A stretch of DNA of 64,000 nucleotides from positions 13,755-77,754 of the IMG/VR virus record IMGVR_UViG_3300031553_000001; one strand, written 5' to 3'. Every line of letters begins with the position of its first letter. Positions within the stretch are counted from its first letter, which is position 1. Below, piece after piece: positions 44,344 to 53,386 of this stretch. The translations under genes were made by a program, and so were the position numbers. The notes under the pieces were generated by a model. It was not told the DNA's origin. It saw nothing but the letters and a program-made list of their open reading frames with translations, and made no database searches. This DNA is from a virus.

Positions 44344-45310
44344 CTAGATGGCTTTTCTTGTGCCCGCAACCAATACGGGATGACGTTTGATCACCGGTGT
44401 ACGGGTAATGATGTTGGCATCAGTCAAGCAAACTGTCTGACCTGCCTTGAACTGCACACAGGATTTGTCAAACGTTATCACAACCCAGCCACGCATCTTG
44501 CGCTTAATAGTCACTGGCATACCACGCCACAGTCCATCCATCATTTCTTGCTCGCATTGGCTTTGATTATCTCAGATGTTGAAAATGTATATCCATCTTC
44601 ATCATTCCATAGATCAATACCTGGAACATCATCGAAGCCTTCTTGGTAACCAATCCAATGAAACTGTTTCACTTTGCCATCCGCTGGTGAGATAGCCACA
44701 AACGAATGTGTTTTATCCATCTTTATCATATCTCCTCTGCACTTATGACTGTAATCGTGGATGACGGCTTGCGTGCGGCATTCTCTAGTGCTACATAATG
44801 CTTCCAACATCGCACTATAGACACCACCACATCACCCTCCCCAAGTTGCACCGCTATGCGTACCCTGGCTGCCAGACGGCAGCGTGACCCAGCGTCCGCA
44901 GTAGGCATATACTGACAGTTGACCTGTCCAGGTGGCCTGCCAACCCCTGTGTAGTTCTTTGTCATCATACTCTCTTTCTAGCCGGCATTCGGCTTGTGCC
45001 TGGCTGCCCGGCTGGCCTGGTGAATGCTAATCGAAGTCAGTAACCTCCTTTGTTGTCGTGATCTAACCTAGCCCCACCGTTCTTCGATTGCGCGCGCCAG
45101 TATCGCGGCGTTGACTTCGTAGCCTATCAGGGTGAACCTGATGTTACCAGCCTCGCGCATGCCTTCGAGATCGTCGCGCGCATCCCGTTCATCGCGATAG
45201 CCTTCCAAGATTGCGTCAATAGCAAGTTCTTTTGATTCATCCTTGGTGACATGCTCACTACGCGCCCAGGCCCTCTCGTGCTCATCCATCACAAAGTCAT
45301 CAAAAGTCAC
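44344..45310 (-). CDS. Small early hypothetical ORFs (44344..44544, 44541..44810, 44726..44968, 45068..45310)
   Basis: RBSs and overlapping stops/starts. Confidence 0.45.
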
Positions 45311-45358
45311 GTTATATCTCCTCTAGCAGGAATTATAGGCTCCTGGCTGGCCTGATTT

Positions 45359-45424
45359 TGGCTTGTCACTTCAGTGAGTAGGTTGCCATCCTACCCAGAC
45401 GGCTGGTTGACCAGCCGTTTCGAC
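45359..45424 (-). ncRNA. Type II hammerhead ribozyme 1 (core variant CUGAAGU)
   Basis: GUC-GAAA-CGGCUGG(UCAA)CCAGCCG-UC-UGGGUAGG(AUGGCAA)CCUACUCA-CUGAAGU-GAC; predicted cut 3' of 45398. Confidence 0.8.
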
Positions 45425-46123
45425 TCATTGTAACTCAGCCCACGATCTTACACCTTGATACATATGCATCCAAAATATCATCTGCCGCTCAAGTTCCTCA
45501 ATAAATCTGGCCCTGGCCAAATGTTCCTGCAAAGCTATGAAGTTGTGCATCATAGACGTGCTAGACATCTGGGGCTCATAGGCACGCATATGCGTCTCAA
45601 CCAGATCCCAATAGTATTCCTCAACGACATACATCCAAACATCGACAAACTCCAAATCTGTGGCCTCATCCACTTTACCAATCACTACATCATAGATTTT
45701 TGCAGAGTGTTCAGCGCGCCATTCGGATTTGACGATTGCATCTGCACGCCATCCCAGTTCATATGCCCAGGAACCACCTTTGGCCAGATGCTCTTTGAAT
45801 TCAATTGTGCACTGCTCATACGCCCGCTGATGTCCATCTATCCATCTCTGAATTTCATCCACTAGCCTAGCTGGATCCAACGGTGCAGGTGGAGCATCTT
45901 TCAGCCTAATATTCATTTCCCCCACCCGCTTTGACTTTGTGATCATCATATGAGTGTATTTGCCACGCTCCGCACCCTTCACCTTCAGGTCAGCACGGTC
46001 ATCGGCCAGATTCTCCAACTGCCCTCGAAGATTGGCCATCTCCACACGGATGTCCTCAGCATCCTCCACAGTCATCGAGTACATTTCATTACGCCTTTTG
46101 TCAACGAACCCACGCTCCAACAT
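45425..46123 (-). CDS. Hypothetical helical early protein flanked by two hammerheads
   Basis: AAGGAGG RBS; stop codon abuts ribozyme 1. Confidence 0.7.
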   Translation of the reverse strand: MLERGFVDKRRNEMYSMTVEDAEDIRVEMANLRGQLENLADDRADLKVKGAERGKYTHMMITKSKRVGEMNIRLKDAPPAPLDPARLVDEIQRWIDGHQRAYEQCTIEFKEHLAKGGSWAYELGWRADAIVKSEWRAEHSAKIYDVVIGKVDEATDLEFVDVWMYVVEEYYWDLVETHMRAYEPQMSSTSMMHNFIALQEHLARARFIEELERQMIFWMHMYQGVRSWAELQ

Positions 46124-46143
46124 TACAAACCTCCTTTGAATTT

Positions 46144-46209
46144 TGGCTTATCTCATCAGTAACCAAGTAGCCATCTTGGCTAGACGGCTGGTTGACCAGC
46201 CGTTTCGAC
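46144..46209 (-). ncRNA. Type II hammerhead ribozyme 2
   Basis: GUC-GAAA-stem III-UC-UAGCCAAG(AUGGCUA)CUUGGUUA-CUGAUGA-GAU, then AGCCA able to pair with loop I; predicted cut 3' of 46183. Confidence 0.88.
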
Positions 46210-47763
46210 TCATTGTAACTCAGCCAACAACGCTTGCAGTTTCTCAATCTTGGCAGCATCCATCTGTGCCACAGCCAACCAGTTTAACAGAAACCAGTCA
46301 GTGAATCCCCTGGTAAAATCCGTCTCACCAGTATTGTAGTGGCCCAGCTCGTGAAGCATCACTTTCAGGACAGCCAGACCTCCGCGCTTGAACACACTAC
46401 GAAGGATGTACACCCGATTGTCTTTGTAGAATCCGCACACTGTCTTATTTCCCATCACCTTGCCAACTATATGCACTACTGTAGTTGGCACATCCAGCTC
46501 TGCACAGATTTCTCCACAGGTGCGAATAATTTTCCGTTCCCTGGAAGTAGCCTCAACGATTGTGAAATCCTCATCGCCAAATCCAGAAGCTTGCCGGTCA
46601 GTCTTGATGCCCAACCGCTCAGCAAATGCCTTGCTAACGGAATTCAGATTGACCACTTCCCAACCAGAAGCTGTGGCATCAGTTGCTGCATAGCTATTGG
46701 TGTGTATACATGCCTGTTCACCATATACACGGTAGAACGCACGTTTCCATTTGGTGGCGACAATATTGTCAGACACCATAATGCGCGCATTGTATTCCAT
46801 AGACAACGACAACTCGCTGTCCACTGCGTATTTCCAGTAGTATTCCATCATCATGCGCGTCATATCAGAAGACATCAATGCCGCACCAACATTCTCACGC
46901 AGCTGGTAGGAATCAACCATATCCCTATCGCGATTGATGTCCACATCCTCCAAGTTATACGAGAACAGTGCAGGCATTCCACTCTCAGCCGTCAGATCCC
47001 TCACCCAGATGCCACGTAAATACAGCCTACACGGTTTTCCAGGTCTGGGCAAGAACACCGTCTTGGATGAGGAAGTGGACTTGCGTTTACGCTCTGTATT
47101 CTTGGCACGATCAGCTTTACGCTCTTGTTGACGCATAGTCTCATCACGCCTGCGGTCTGCTGCCTGACGTTGGCGCTTGGCAGACTTACGAATATCTGGA
47201 AAATAGTCCGCCAGATTGTTCATATAATAATCCAAGGTGGATGTGCGGCCAATTCTCCACACCGTACCACCCTGCAGCCGTTTTGGATTATCTGGATCCT
47301 TCTGGCGATATACATCCAAAACCAGTACATCATTGGTGCCGCCATTGTACTTACCAAACCGCGCACGCACCATCCAGTCTTGACTCATCATCTCTATAGA
47401 GATTTCCAGTTTGGCAAATACCAGGAAGGCCATCAACTGGCCTTCACCTTTTTCGCCACGGTAGCCAAGACCACGCTTACCACTCTTGCCAAGGAGCAAG
47501 ATATTCTCAAAGTCACAGCCACGCCCTTGGTCCCGTATGACTATGTGCTTGGTGCGCTTGTCTACCTTGACGTAATCAGTTGGGTCACCACCGTGCGTCT
47601 GGGCCATATAATCAGCCTCATCCATGGCGTTTTGCAGGCATTCTCTCAAGCCTGCCCACTCGTTCCAGACCTTCTCACCGTCCAGATAGTCTCTGGATAT
47701 ATTGGTTTGTATGGATTGGTATAGCCTATACCAACCATATCCTGTCAGAACCTTGTCAGTCAT
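46210..47763 (-). CDS. GHKL ATPase (MPN635/Hsp90-like) with C-terminal HExxH metallopeptidase motif
   Basis: LRECLQNAMD, IRDQGRG, LGKSGK, GEKGEG, GT; C-terminal LHELGH. Confidence 0.75.
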   Translation of the reverse strand: MTDKVLTGYGWYRLYQSIQTNISRDYLDGEKVWNEWAGLRECLQNAMDEADYMAQTHGGDPTDYVKVDKRTKHIVIRDQGRGCDFENILLLGKSGKRGLGYRGEKGEGQLMAFLVFAKLEISIEMMSQDWMVRARFGKYNGGTNDVLVLDVYRQKDPDNPKRLQGGTVWRIGRTSTLDYYMNNLADYFPDIRKSAKRQRQAADRRRDETMRQQERKADRAKNTERKRKSTSSSKTVFLPRPGKPCRLYLRGIWVRDLTAESGMPALFSYNLEDVDINRDRDMVDSYQLRENVGAALMSSDMTRMMMEYYWKYAVDSELSLSMEYNARIMVSDNIVATKWKRAFYRVYGEQACIHTNSYAATDATASGWEVVNLNSVSKAFAERLGIKTDRQASGFGDEDFTIVEATSRERKIIRTCGEICAELDVPTTVVHIVGKVMGNKTVCGFYKDNRVYILRSVFKRGGLAVLKVMLHELGHYNTGETDFTRGFTDWFLLNWLAVAQMDAAKIEKLQALLAELQ

Positions 47764-47793
47764 CTCATTTCTCCTTTGTGTGCAGCGTTTACA

Positions 47794-48183
47794 TTATCCC
47801 GTACACGACCACAGACTCGCTTGTGCTGAATCTATCAAGAAATACCGCCCCAAAGCGCGGCCAAATTCGTCTTCTCCCGCGATTTCCTCATCAAACGTGA
47901 AATCGCGATCATGGCAATAATGTCTGATGTTATCACTCTGTCCAGCAATAGTTACAATGTCGCTGCCAGACCGCAAAACGTCCACAATCATATGCACAGT
48001 TTCCATCACATCGTATTGCGGTATCATATCTAACCGCTCTGCTAGTGCATAGACTGTGCGCTCAGAGTAATGATAACCACGATGCCCAGTTTTGAACCAA
48101 ACAAGAAAACCTGTATCATCACGAACTATCGCGCCAGTTGGATACAATTTCTTCCACTCTCGATCCAGCGTTGCGAGTCTCAT
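47794..48183 (-). CDS. Hypothetical early protein
   Basis: AAGGAG RBS; upstream GCACACAAAGGAGAAATGA shared with the next gene (47765-47783 vs 48185-48203). Confidence 0.6.
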   Translation of the reverse strand: MRLATLDREWKKLYPTGAIVRDDTGFLVWFKTGHRGYHYSERTVYALAERLDMIPQYDVMETVHMIVDVLRSGSDIVTIAGQSDNIRHYCHDRDFTFDEEIAGEDEFGRALGRYFLIDSAQASLWSCTG

Positions 48184-48213
48184 TTCATTTCTCCTTTGTG
48201 TGCTACTCTAAGT

Positions 48214-48311
48214 TTATCCACTACTGGATGCTTGCAGGGGAGTCGAACCCCTCACACTGCCCGGCGCAGGAACTATCCTGATACCTCACAAGCATCCAGC
48301 AGAGGACAAAC
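48214..48311 (-). ncRNA. tRNA-like structured RNA (T-arm on an extended closing stem)
   Basis: AGGGG-TTCGACT-CCCCT T-arm; 15-bp stem CTGCTGGATGCTTGT/GCAAGCATCCAGTAG; no canonical anticodon arm. Confidence 0.6.
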
Positions 48312-48331
48312 CCTATCCTCTGCCTATCACA

Positions 48332-49264
48332 CTACTTTGGATGACGCTCAGAAAAAGTCTTCATCCACTTGGCCAAAAGCGTACGTGCTTCCTTCTCAGA
48401 CACGTTGAATTCCCCCTGGACGTATGAACCCGCACCAAACATATTGGTGACTCCTGACTCCCGCAAATCGTCCAAATATTCAAAGACCTCATCCTCTGCA
48501 TATCCAATGATCTCATCCGCGTACTCAACATCATCATCTGCTGGAAACTCTATCACATTCATCACTTGCCTCCATATCTAGCCCAAAACTGGCCCGCACT
48601 CATCGTGCGTACATTGGGATGGTCCTGGATGTACTTAGCCATCTCGTGCCAATGCGGCTTCTCCACTATAGACTTGAGGATGTTCTCCATCACAAAGTTG
48701 TCTGCCCAGCTGGAGAATGTTACACGAATCCACCTGCCATTAGGTAGCACCCTCAATAACCAATCGTCACGTTTGGTCCCACCTTGGCCCATCTCACAAC
48801 GATTACCCTTCAATCTGGGCATCCGTATCCTCCTCAGAACTTGCGCACAACTCAATGACCTGCTGTTGCGTCAACAACCCGCGCACATACCGTCTCAACA
48901 CGTCATCCGATGGCGATATTGCCAACTCATCAACAAACTCTTTTCTGCAAATCTCCATATCCGCAAGAATCTTTGCTTCTGATCTCCTAGCCATCACGAA
49001 CCTCCTAATCTAGCTGCCTCCTCTGTCAATATTCTAATATCCGTACTGAGACATTTCAAACGCGTTCGTTTTCTTGAACTTCTCAAAGAACTTGGCTTTG
49101 TCAACCACCTCAACACGAATTTCACATTGCTCATAGCTATACTGACACATCTTCGACCCAACCACTTTGCCCCCAGCCGACCTCACGTCCTGTGCGTAGT
49201 TGTGTATGTCTCCTTCGTGCTCACACTCACTAAACACCAGAGTAATCACTTTGCTCCTAACCAT
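48332..49264 (-). CDS. Four small early ORFs (48332..48565, 48562..48855, 48803..48997, 49034..49264)
   Basis: GGAGG RBSs; the first has YLDDLRESGVTNMFGA; the last start revised to 49264 because the longer call begins inside ribozyme 3. Confidence 0.6.
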
Positions 49265-49283
49265 CACAAACCTCCTTGAATTA

Positions 49284-49345
49284 TGGCTTATCTCATCAGT
49301 AGCCAAGTAGCCATCTCAGCTAGACAGCCTTGCGGCTGTTTCGAT
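49284..49345 (-). ncRNA. Type II hammerhead ribozyme 3
   Basis: AUC-GAAA-CAGCC(GCAA)GGCUG-UC-UAGCUGAG(AUGGCUA)CUUGGCUA-CUGAUGA-GAU; covarying stems relative to copies 1 and 2; predicted cut 3' of 49323. Confidence 0.9.
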
Positions 49346-49670
49346 TGTTTTTGTCTCATTGACTAGCGTGAGTTTCGGTTTCCTCTGGGCCATACAGCCA
49401 AGTCCTGGTATCCCAACTCATCCCTGGCTAACTCTCCTGTCAGCCATTCCTGCCCTGCGTTACGCATATAGCCCGCATCTGGGCTGTTACCACATTGGGA
49501 GGATTTTACGCTAAGGCCTGTTTTGTCAGACCGTTTTATGGATTAGATTTAGCTTGGCTCCCGCCATTCTCGGTTTACTTGCGGCTTCTAGGATTATTCC
49601 CACTTGGGGCGAGTCATCGGGTGGCTTTGCCTTAGCTATTCGTTTTTTAATCTACTCTACTTTCATATAT

Positions 49671-49699
49671 AGTATAAGCGATTTTCAATGAAAAGTCAA
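49671..49699 (-). promoter_or_regulatory. Sigma70-type early promoter
   Basis: TTGACT (49699-49694), 17-bp spacer, TATACT (49676-49671); AT-rich upstream sequence. Confidence 0.8.
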
Positions 49700-49874
49700 G
49701 CGTTTTACCTTAAGAATTCCAACATATTCCAATTTCCAACCTTAAAACTTTTGGCCAATTACAAGACTTTTCTGTATACAATACCGTGTACTTAGAGATT
49801 TCCTGGGATAAATATTTGATTTCCATCCTGCTACATAGAATTCCAATTCTGCAGAATGAGAAAGGCTTTTAGCA

Positions 49875-50070
49875 GACGCGTTCTTTGCGTCTGCTGTAGC
49901 AGCGTTCTTTGCTGCTACACCCCGTGCTTTTTCCAGTGTGGCCTTTAGGGTTCTCTTTTATTTATGGTTCTCTTTTATTTATGGTTCTCTTTTATGGTTC
50001 TCTTTAGGGGTGCTTTTTCCAGTGTGGTACCCCGCGTATTTTCGGGGGTAGTACCCCGTGCTTTTTCTTA
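49875..50070. repeat. Iteron-like direct repeats and two small hairpins at the 3' end of the HTH gene
   Basis: GGTTCTCTTT(T)A repeated four times (49949-50006); CCCCGTGCTTTTT-like copies near 49920, 50008 and 50054; GCAGACGC/GCGTCTGC and TGTAGCAGC/GCTGCTACA hairpins. Confidence 0.75.
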
Positions 50071-50393
50071 CCTGGTGTGGAATTGCCATAAGTGGCCCAG
50101 TTTAGCATGTGGTATATGTTAACCTCACCAATCTTGCGATCAACTTCCAGGACGCCATCCTCTTCCAACTTACTGATGGCCCTTTCCACAGTAGTTCTAT
50201 TCAAGCCAGTATCCTTACTGATTGTTGGAATACCTGGCCAACATTCTTGCTCATCGTTCAATCGGCAGGCTACAGCCAGGAATACCTTGGCCATAGAACC
50301 TGTCCAATGCTGTAGCGGTGAGGATTCACCACGACTCAACATTACACCTACCTTTATCCACGCTTGTTTCTCAGACATTATACACTCCCTCAA
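50004..50393 (-). CDS. Winged-HTH protein resembling the N-terminus of phage replication initiators
   Basis: CWPGIPTISKDTGLNRTTVERAISKLEEDGVLEV...N-x-Y. Confidence 0.7.
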   Translation of the reverse strand: MRECIMSEKQAWIKVGVMLSRGESSPLQHWTGSMAKVFLAVACRLNDEQECWPGIPTISKDTGLNRTTVERAISKLEEDGVLEVDRKIGEVNIYHMLNWATYGNSTPGKKKHGVLPPKIRGVPHWKKHP

Positions 50394-50412
50394 GTGTTAC
50401 CCTTGATATTTG

Positions 50413-50473
50413 TGGGATAGGCAGGCGGCCAAGGGAAACCACTTTTCGGGGTATACAGCCCTAGCCTATCCCA
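50413..50473 (-). ncRNA. C4-antisense-like structured RNA, copy A
   Basis: UGGGAUAGGC-UAGGG...CCCGAAAAGUGG-UUUCCCUUGG-CCGCCU-GCCUAUCCCA three-way junction. Confidence 0.6.
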
Positions 50474-50517
50474 TTACACTATGAGTGAAGAATATGATGC
50501 CTCCTCCTGGATATATT

Positions 50518-50576
50518 ATGGGACAGGCAGGTGGCAGGAGGAACCACTTTTCGGGTGCTACCCTAGCCTGCCCCAT
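50518..50576 (-). ncRNA. C4-antisense-like structured RNA, copy B
   Basis: AUGGGGCAGGC-UAGGGUAGCACCCGAAAAGUGG-UUCCUCCUG-CCACCU-GCCUGUCCCAU; same scaffold with a different loop. Confidence 0.6.
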
Positions 50577-50579
50577 TTC

Positions 50580-51530
50580 TCACATAGTCAATATGGAACG
50601 TATGTGGGACATCTTGGAATCCATCGGATAGTCCGTATATGTATGACTAGATGCTGGATCCCCATCAGAGTATATACGCAGTATGACAGACTTGTTGTAT
50701 CTATGTAGTTGCTCAGCTAATTTCCTGGCAGCTTCCACAGCATCTGGTTCTACACAGATTATGAATTGTTTGACTACAGAATTCCCAATACGCTCCAGCT
50801 GTTGTGGAGTAGCCGTCTTTCCGCACAGAGCTATGGCATCTTGGCCAACGTGTATGGCAGATATTATGCCTTCACATATATATACTGTAGATCTGTTAAG
50901 TGCAGGGTAATTGTACACTCGATCATTCTTGGGTGCTGGACAGGATACATACTTTGGTTTGACTCCATTGTGGATGTGGCGATATTGCCACCAGCCACGC
51001 TCCACCGGCATCACCAGTCTACCCCATCCCTTGGCGCTATTCCATATTCCCCACTGCTCCAAATATCTCTTCCAGTTTTCCAAATTCCCTATACGCAACT
51101 GGGCATATTTGTATGCCTGGATAGCCAGTCGATGGGTAAGGCCATCCATGTCCAAGGCTTGTTGGATTGTCATAAACCACTCAGGCATCCACATCACAGT
51201 TCCAGGCGATTTGCTCTTTTGTAGAAGTTGGTATAGTGGCATTATGGCAGCTGAGTGAATCAATTCCAAAGCATCACTGTAGTCACATCCTTCCACATCC
51301 ATTACTAGCTTAATCCACGATGCAGCATAGTCACATCGGTAGCAATGACAGACTGGTTTGGTCAACGAAATCGACAGGTGATGGCTTGGACCATACTTGC
51401 CAACTCTGGCTTCGCAGAATGGGCAGTCGGTAATCAAATCATCACCTGATGGAGTAGGATGAATGTTGTTGAGATTCCTATAAGCCCACGATTCTATATT
51501 CATTCGTTGCTCCCAGATGATTTTCAGCAC
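50580..51530 (-). CDS. DNA primase (Zn-binding plus TOPRIM); likely start ATG at 51503
   Basis: CPFC...CHCYRC; YICEGIISA, IALCGK, EPD. Confidence 0.8.
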   Translation of the reverse strand: MLKIIWEQRMNIESWAYRNLNNIHPTPSGDDLITDCPFCEARVGKYGPSHHLSISLTKPVCHCYRCDYAASWIKLVMDVEGCDYSDALELIHSAAIMPLYQLLQKSKSPGTVMWMPEWFMTIQQALDMDGLTHRLAIQAYKYAQLRIGNLENWKRYLEQWGIWNSAKGWGRLVMPVERGWWQYRHIHNGVKPKYVSCPAPKNDRVYNYPALNRSTVYICEGIISAIHVGQDAIALCGKTATPQQLERIGNSVVKQFIICVEPDAVEAARKLAEQLHRYNKSVILRIYSDGDPASSHTYTDYPMDSKMSHIRSILTM

Positions 51531-51590
51531 GCAAAGGGTGTTGTCACGAGATTTCCGGTCATTTTTGCTCCCAAGAAAAGCCCAAGGAGA

Positions 51591-52105
51591 ACCGTCCTAT
51601 TTGTCCTTAGAGATCCAAAATTTGGATAGCCATACTAGGCTCCATAACTGACTTTTTGCGGCTCTAAGGACAAATAGGACGGTATGTTTTACGTGGGTAA
51701 TATAGTTTACATAGCGTACAAAGATATTAAGTATTATTCACAAGATAGTATAATATCTACAAAGATATGTTTGACTATTACAAAGAATTAGTTGGAAATA
51801 TTATACTGTACATAGATCATCCACTCCAAACCCAGATCGCCAAAATTCAATGTACACGTAATACATCGTATATATACCCTACATATACGTATATATACGA
51901 GTTTTCCATATATTCCAAATCCATGATACCTAGTATGGCTATATTAGAGATTGGCAATAGGGGAGTTACAACTTATATGGCAATATAGTTTATATAGCAT
52001 ACAACGATATTAAGTATTGTTACCAATATGGTATAATATTTCCAACCAATACCTTGTAATAATTAAGTTTGATATTGGAAATATATACTATACACAGATC
52101 GCCAA
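51591..52105. repeat. AT-rich intergenic region with a perfect 22-bp inverted repeat and a ~125-bp imperfect direct repeat; origin candidate
   Basis: ACCGTCCTATTTGTCCTTAGAG (51591-51612) and its complement (51662-51683); AATATAGTTTAYATAGCRTACAA...TTGGAAATAT...AGATC at about 51699-51819 and 51982-52100. Confidence 0.75.
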
Positions 52106-52123
52106 CACCAAATACATATATAG

Positions 52124-53386
52124 CTATACGTTACCACCACGATGCACAAATTCGGTGGATACTATGGCCTGCTGTTCCTTATAATACTTACAGCGTATCA
52201 TTGCACGTGATTTTCCATCACGCAACTTAGCTACAAACAGCCTGCATTGATCCACAGATTCCTCATCCATGGTTTGGCAAATCGCAATGATGGCATCAGC
52301 CTTGGCTGCCTTTTTGAACGATTCGGCCAGGTCGGCCATAGTGATGGTTTCCTTGCCTAACGCACCACGAGTAGCCTGCGTGGCTGTCCATAGTGGGCAA
52401 TTGTAATCAAATGCCACCTTGCGCAAGTCTCCAAATATATCACCTAATTCATTGTACCTGTTATTTCTAGCCTTGATGGGATCAATCTCATCTCCATAAT
52501 CCACGATTATCAAATCTGGCATATAGCCATTTTCGATGAGCACATCTAGCCTGGCACGGATGTCATTTATGTTTCCATTCAACCTGAATACCCGTACCTC
52601 ACCAGGTAACAACACATTCGCTGTCGATTGAAAGTCAACTTTGTAATCCAAATTGTTTCCAGATCGACTGGGAAATCTGAAAATAGTGCGTGCGCCATAC
52701 CTCCTGGCCACCACATCAGCTCCCATCTCGAACGTGAAATGTACCACTTTGCATCTGGCGATTGGCCCCATAGCTCCATAGCCAATGTTTATCAATGCCA
52801 TTGATTTGCCATAATTTGGTGGTGATAAGATGATACCTAGCTCTCCAATAGCCAAGCCACCATCCATGGCAATATCCAAATGTATGATGCCAGTGGGTAT
52901 CCGGTTGTCTTTAGCACTGTTGATCCAACTGTCAGGGTCACGTTTGACGTCCAAGCCAAGATCGGTTAAGTCTTGACCAACCTTCATTGCCAACTGCATT
53001 CTGGCAACCACATTAGCCAACTTACCGGATTGTATGTCAGGTAGTGAATTCAGGACAGCATGTTTGGCAGCCTGTTGACGTGCAAATTCAATGATCCGAT
53101 CTGAAGCATGGCTCAAATCCCAATCATGCACTCCTAGATATATGGATGCTATGAGATCATTGTATTTGCGCGTTCCAACCAGATCTATTAGATCATCAGC
53201 GCTGGATGGCGAATAGCCATACTGTGAGAAATAGTCCATAATGCTGGCTACTACATCCGTCTCATCTTGTGACTCAAAATACTCTGGTTGCAAGACTGTA
53301 TGATATTTGGATAGCCAACCAGGCTTTAGCATTAGTGCCATTATTTTCAATCGGAAACGTCGGGTGGCTTGTAACGTCTCTGTCAT
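52124..53386 (-). CDS. Replicative DnaB-like (SF4) helicase
   Basis: PTGI-x2-LD-x4-GG, SPPNYGKS, TFEM, IIVDYGD, WTATQ, AESF-x-K-x3-AD, KLRDG. Confidence 0.9.
   Translation of the reverse strand: MTETLQATRRFRLKIMALMLKPGWLSKYHTVLQPEYFESQDETDVVASIMDYFSQYGYSPSSADDLIDLVGTRKYNDLIASIYLGVHDWDLSHASDRIIEFARQQAAKHAVLNSLPDIQSGKLANVVARMQLAMKVGQDLTDLGLDVKRDPDSWINSAKDNRIPTGIIHLDIAMDGGLAIGELGIILSPPNYGKSMALINIGYGAMGPIARCKVVHFTFEMGADVVARRYGARTIFRFPSRSGNNLDYKVDFQSTANVLLPGEVRVFRLNGNINDIRARLDVLIENGYMPDLIIVDYGDEIDPIKARNNRYNELGDIFGDLRKVAFDYNCPLWTATQATRGALGKETITMADLAESFKKAAKADAIIAICQTMDEESVDQCRLFVAKLRDGKSRAMIRCKYYKEQQAIVSTEFVHRGGNV

Noticed and set aside
49265-49306. N-terminal extension MATDEISHNSRRFV of ORF 49034..49306
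   Set aside because: Falls inside hammerhead 3; the AAGGAGG RBS supports a start at 49267 or 49264
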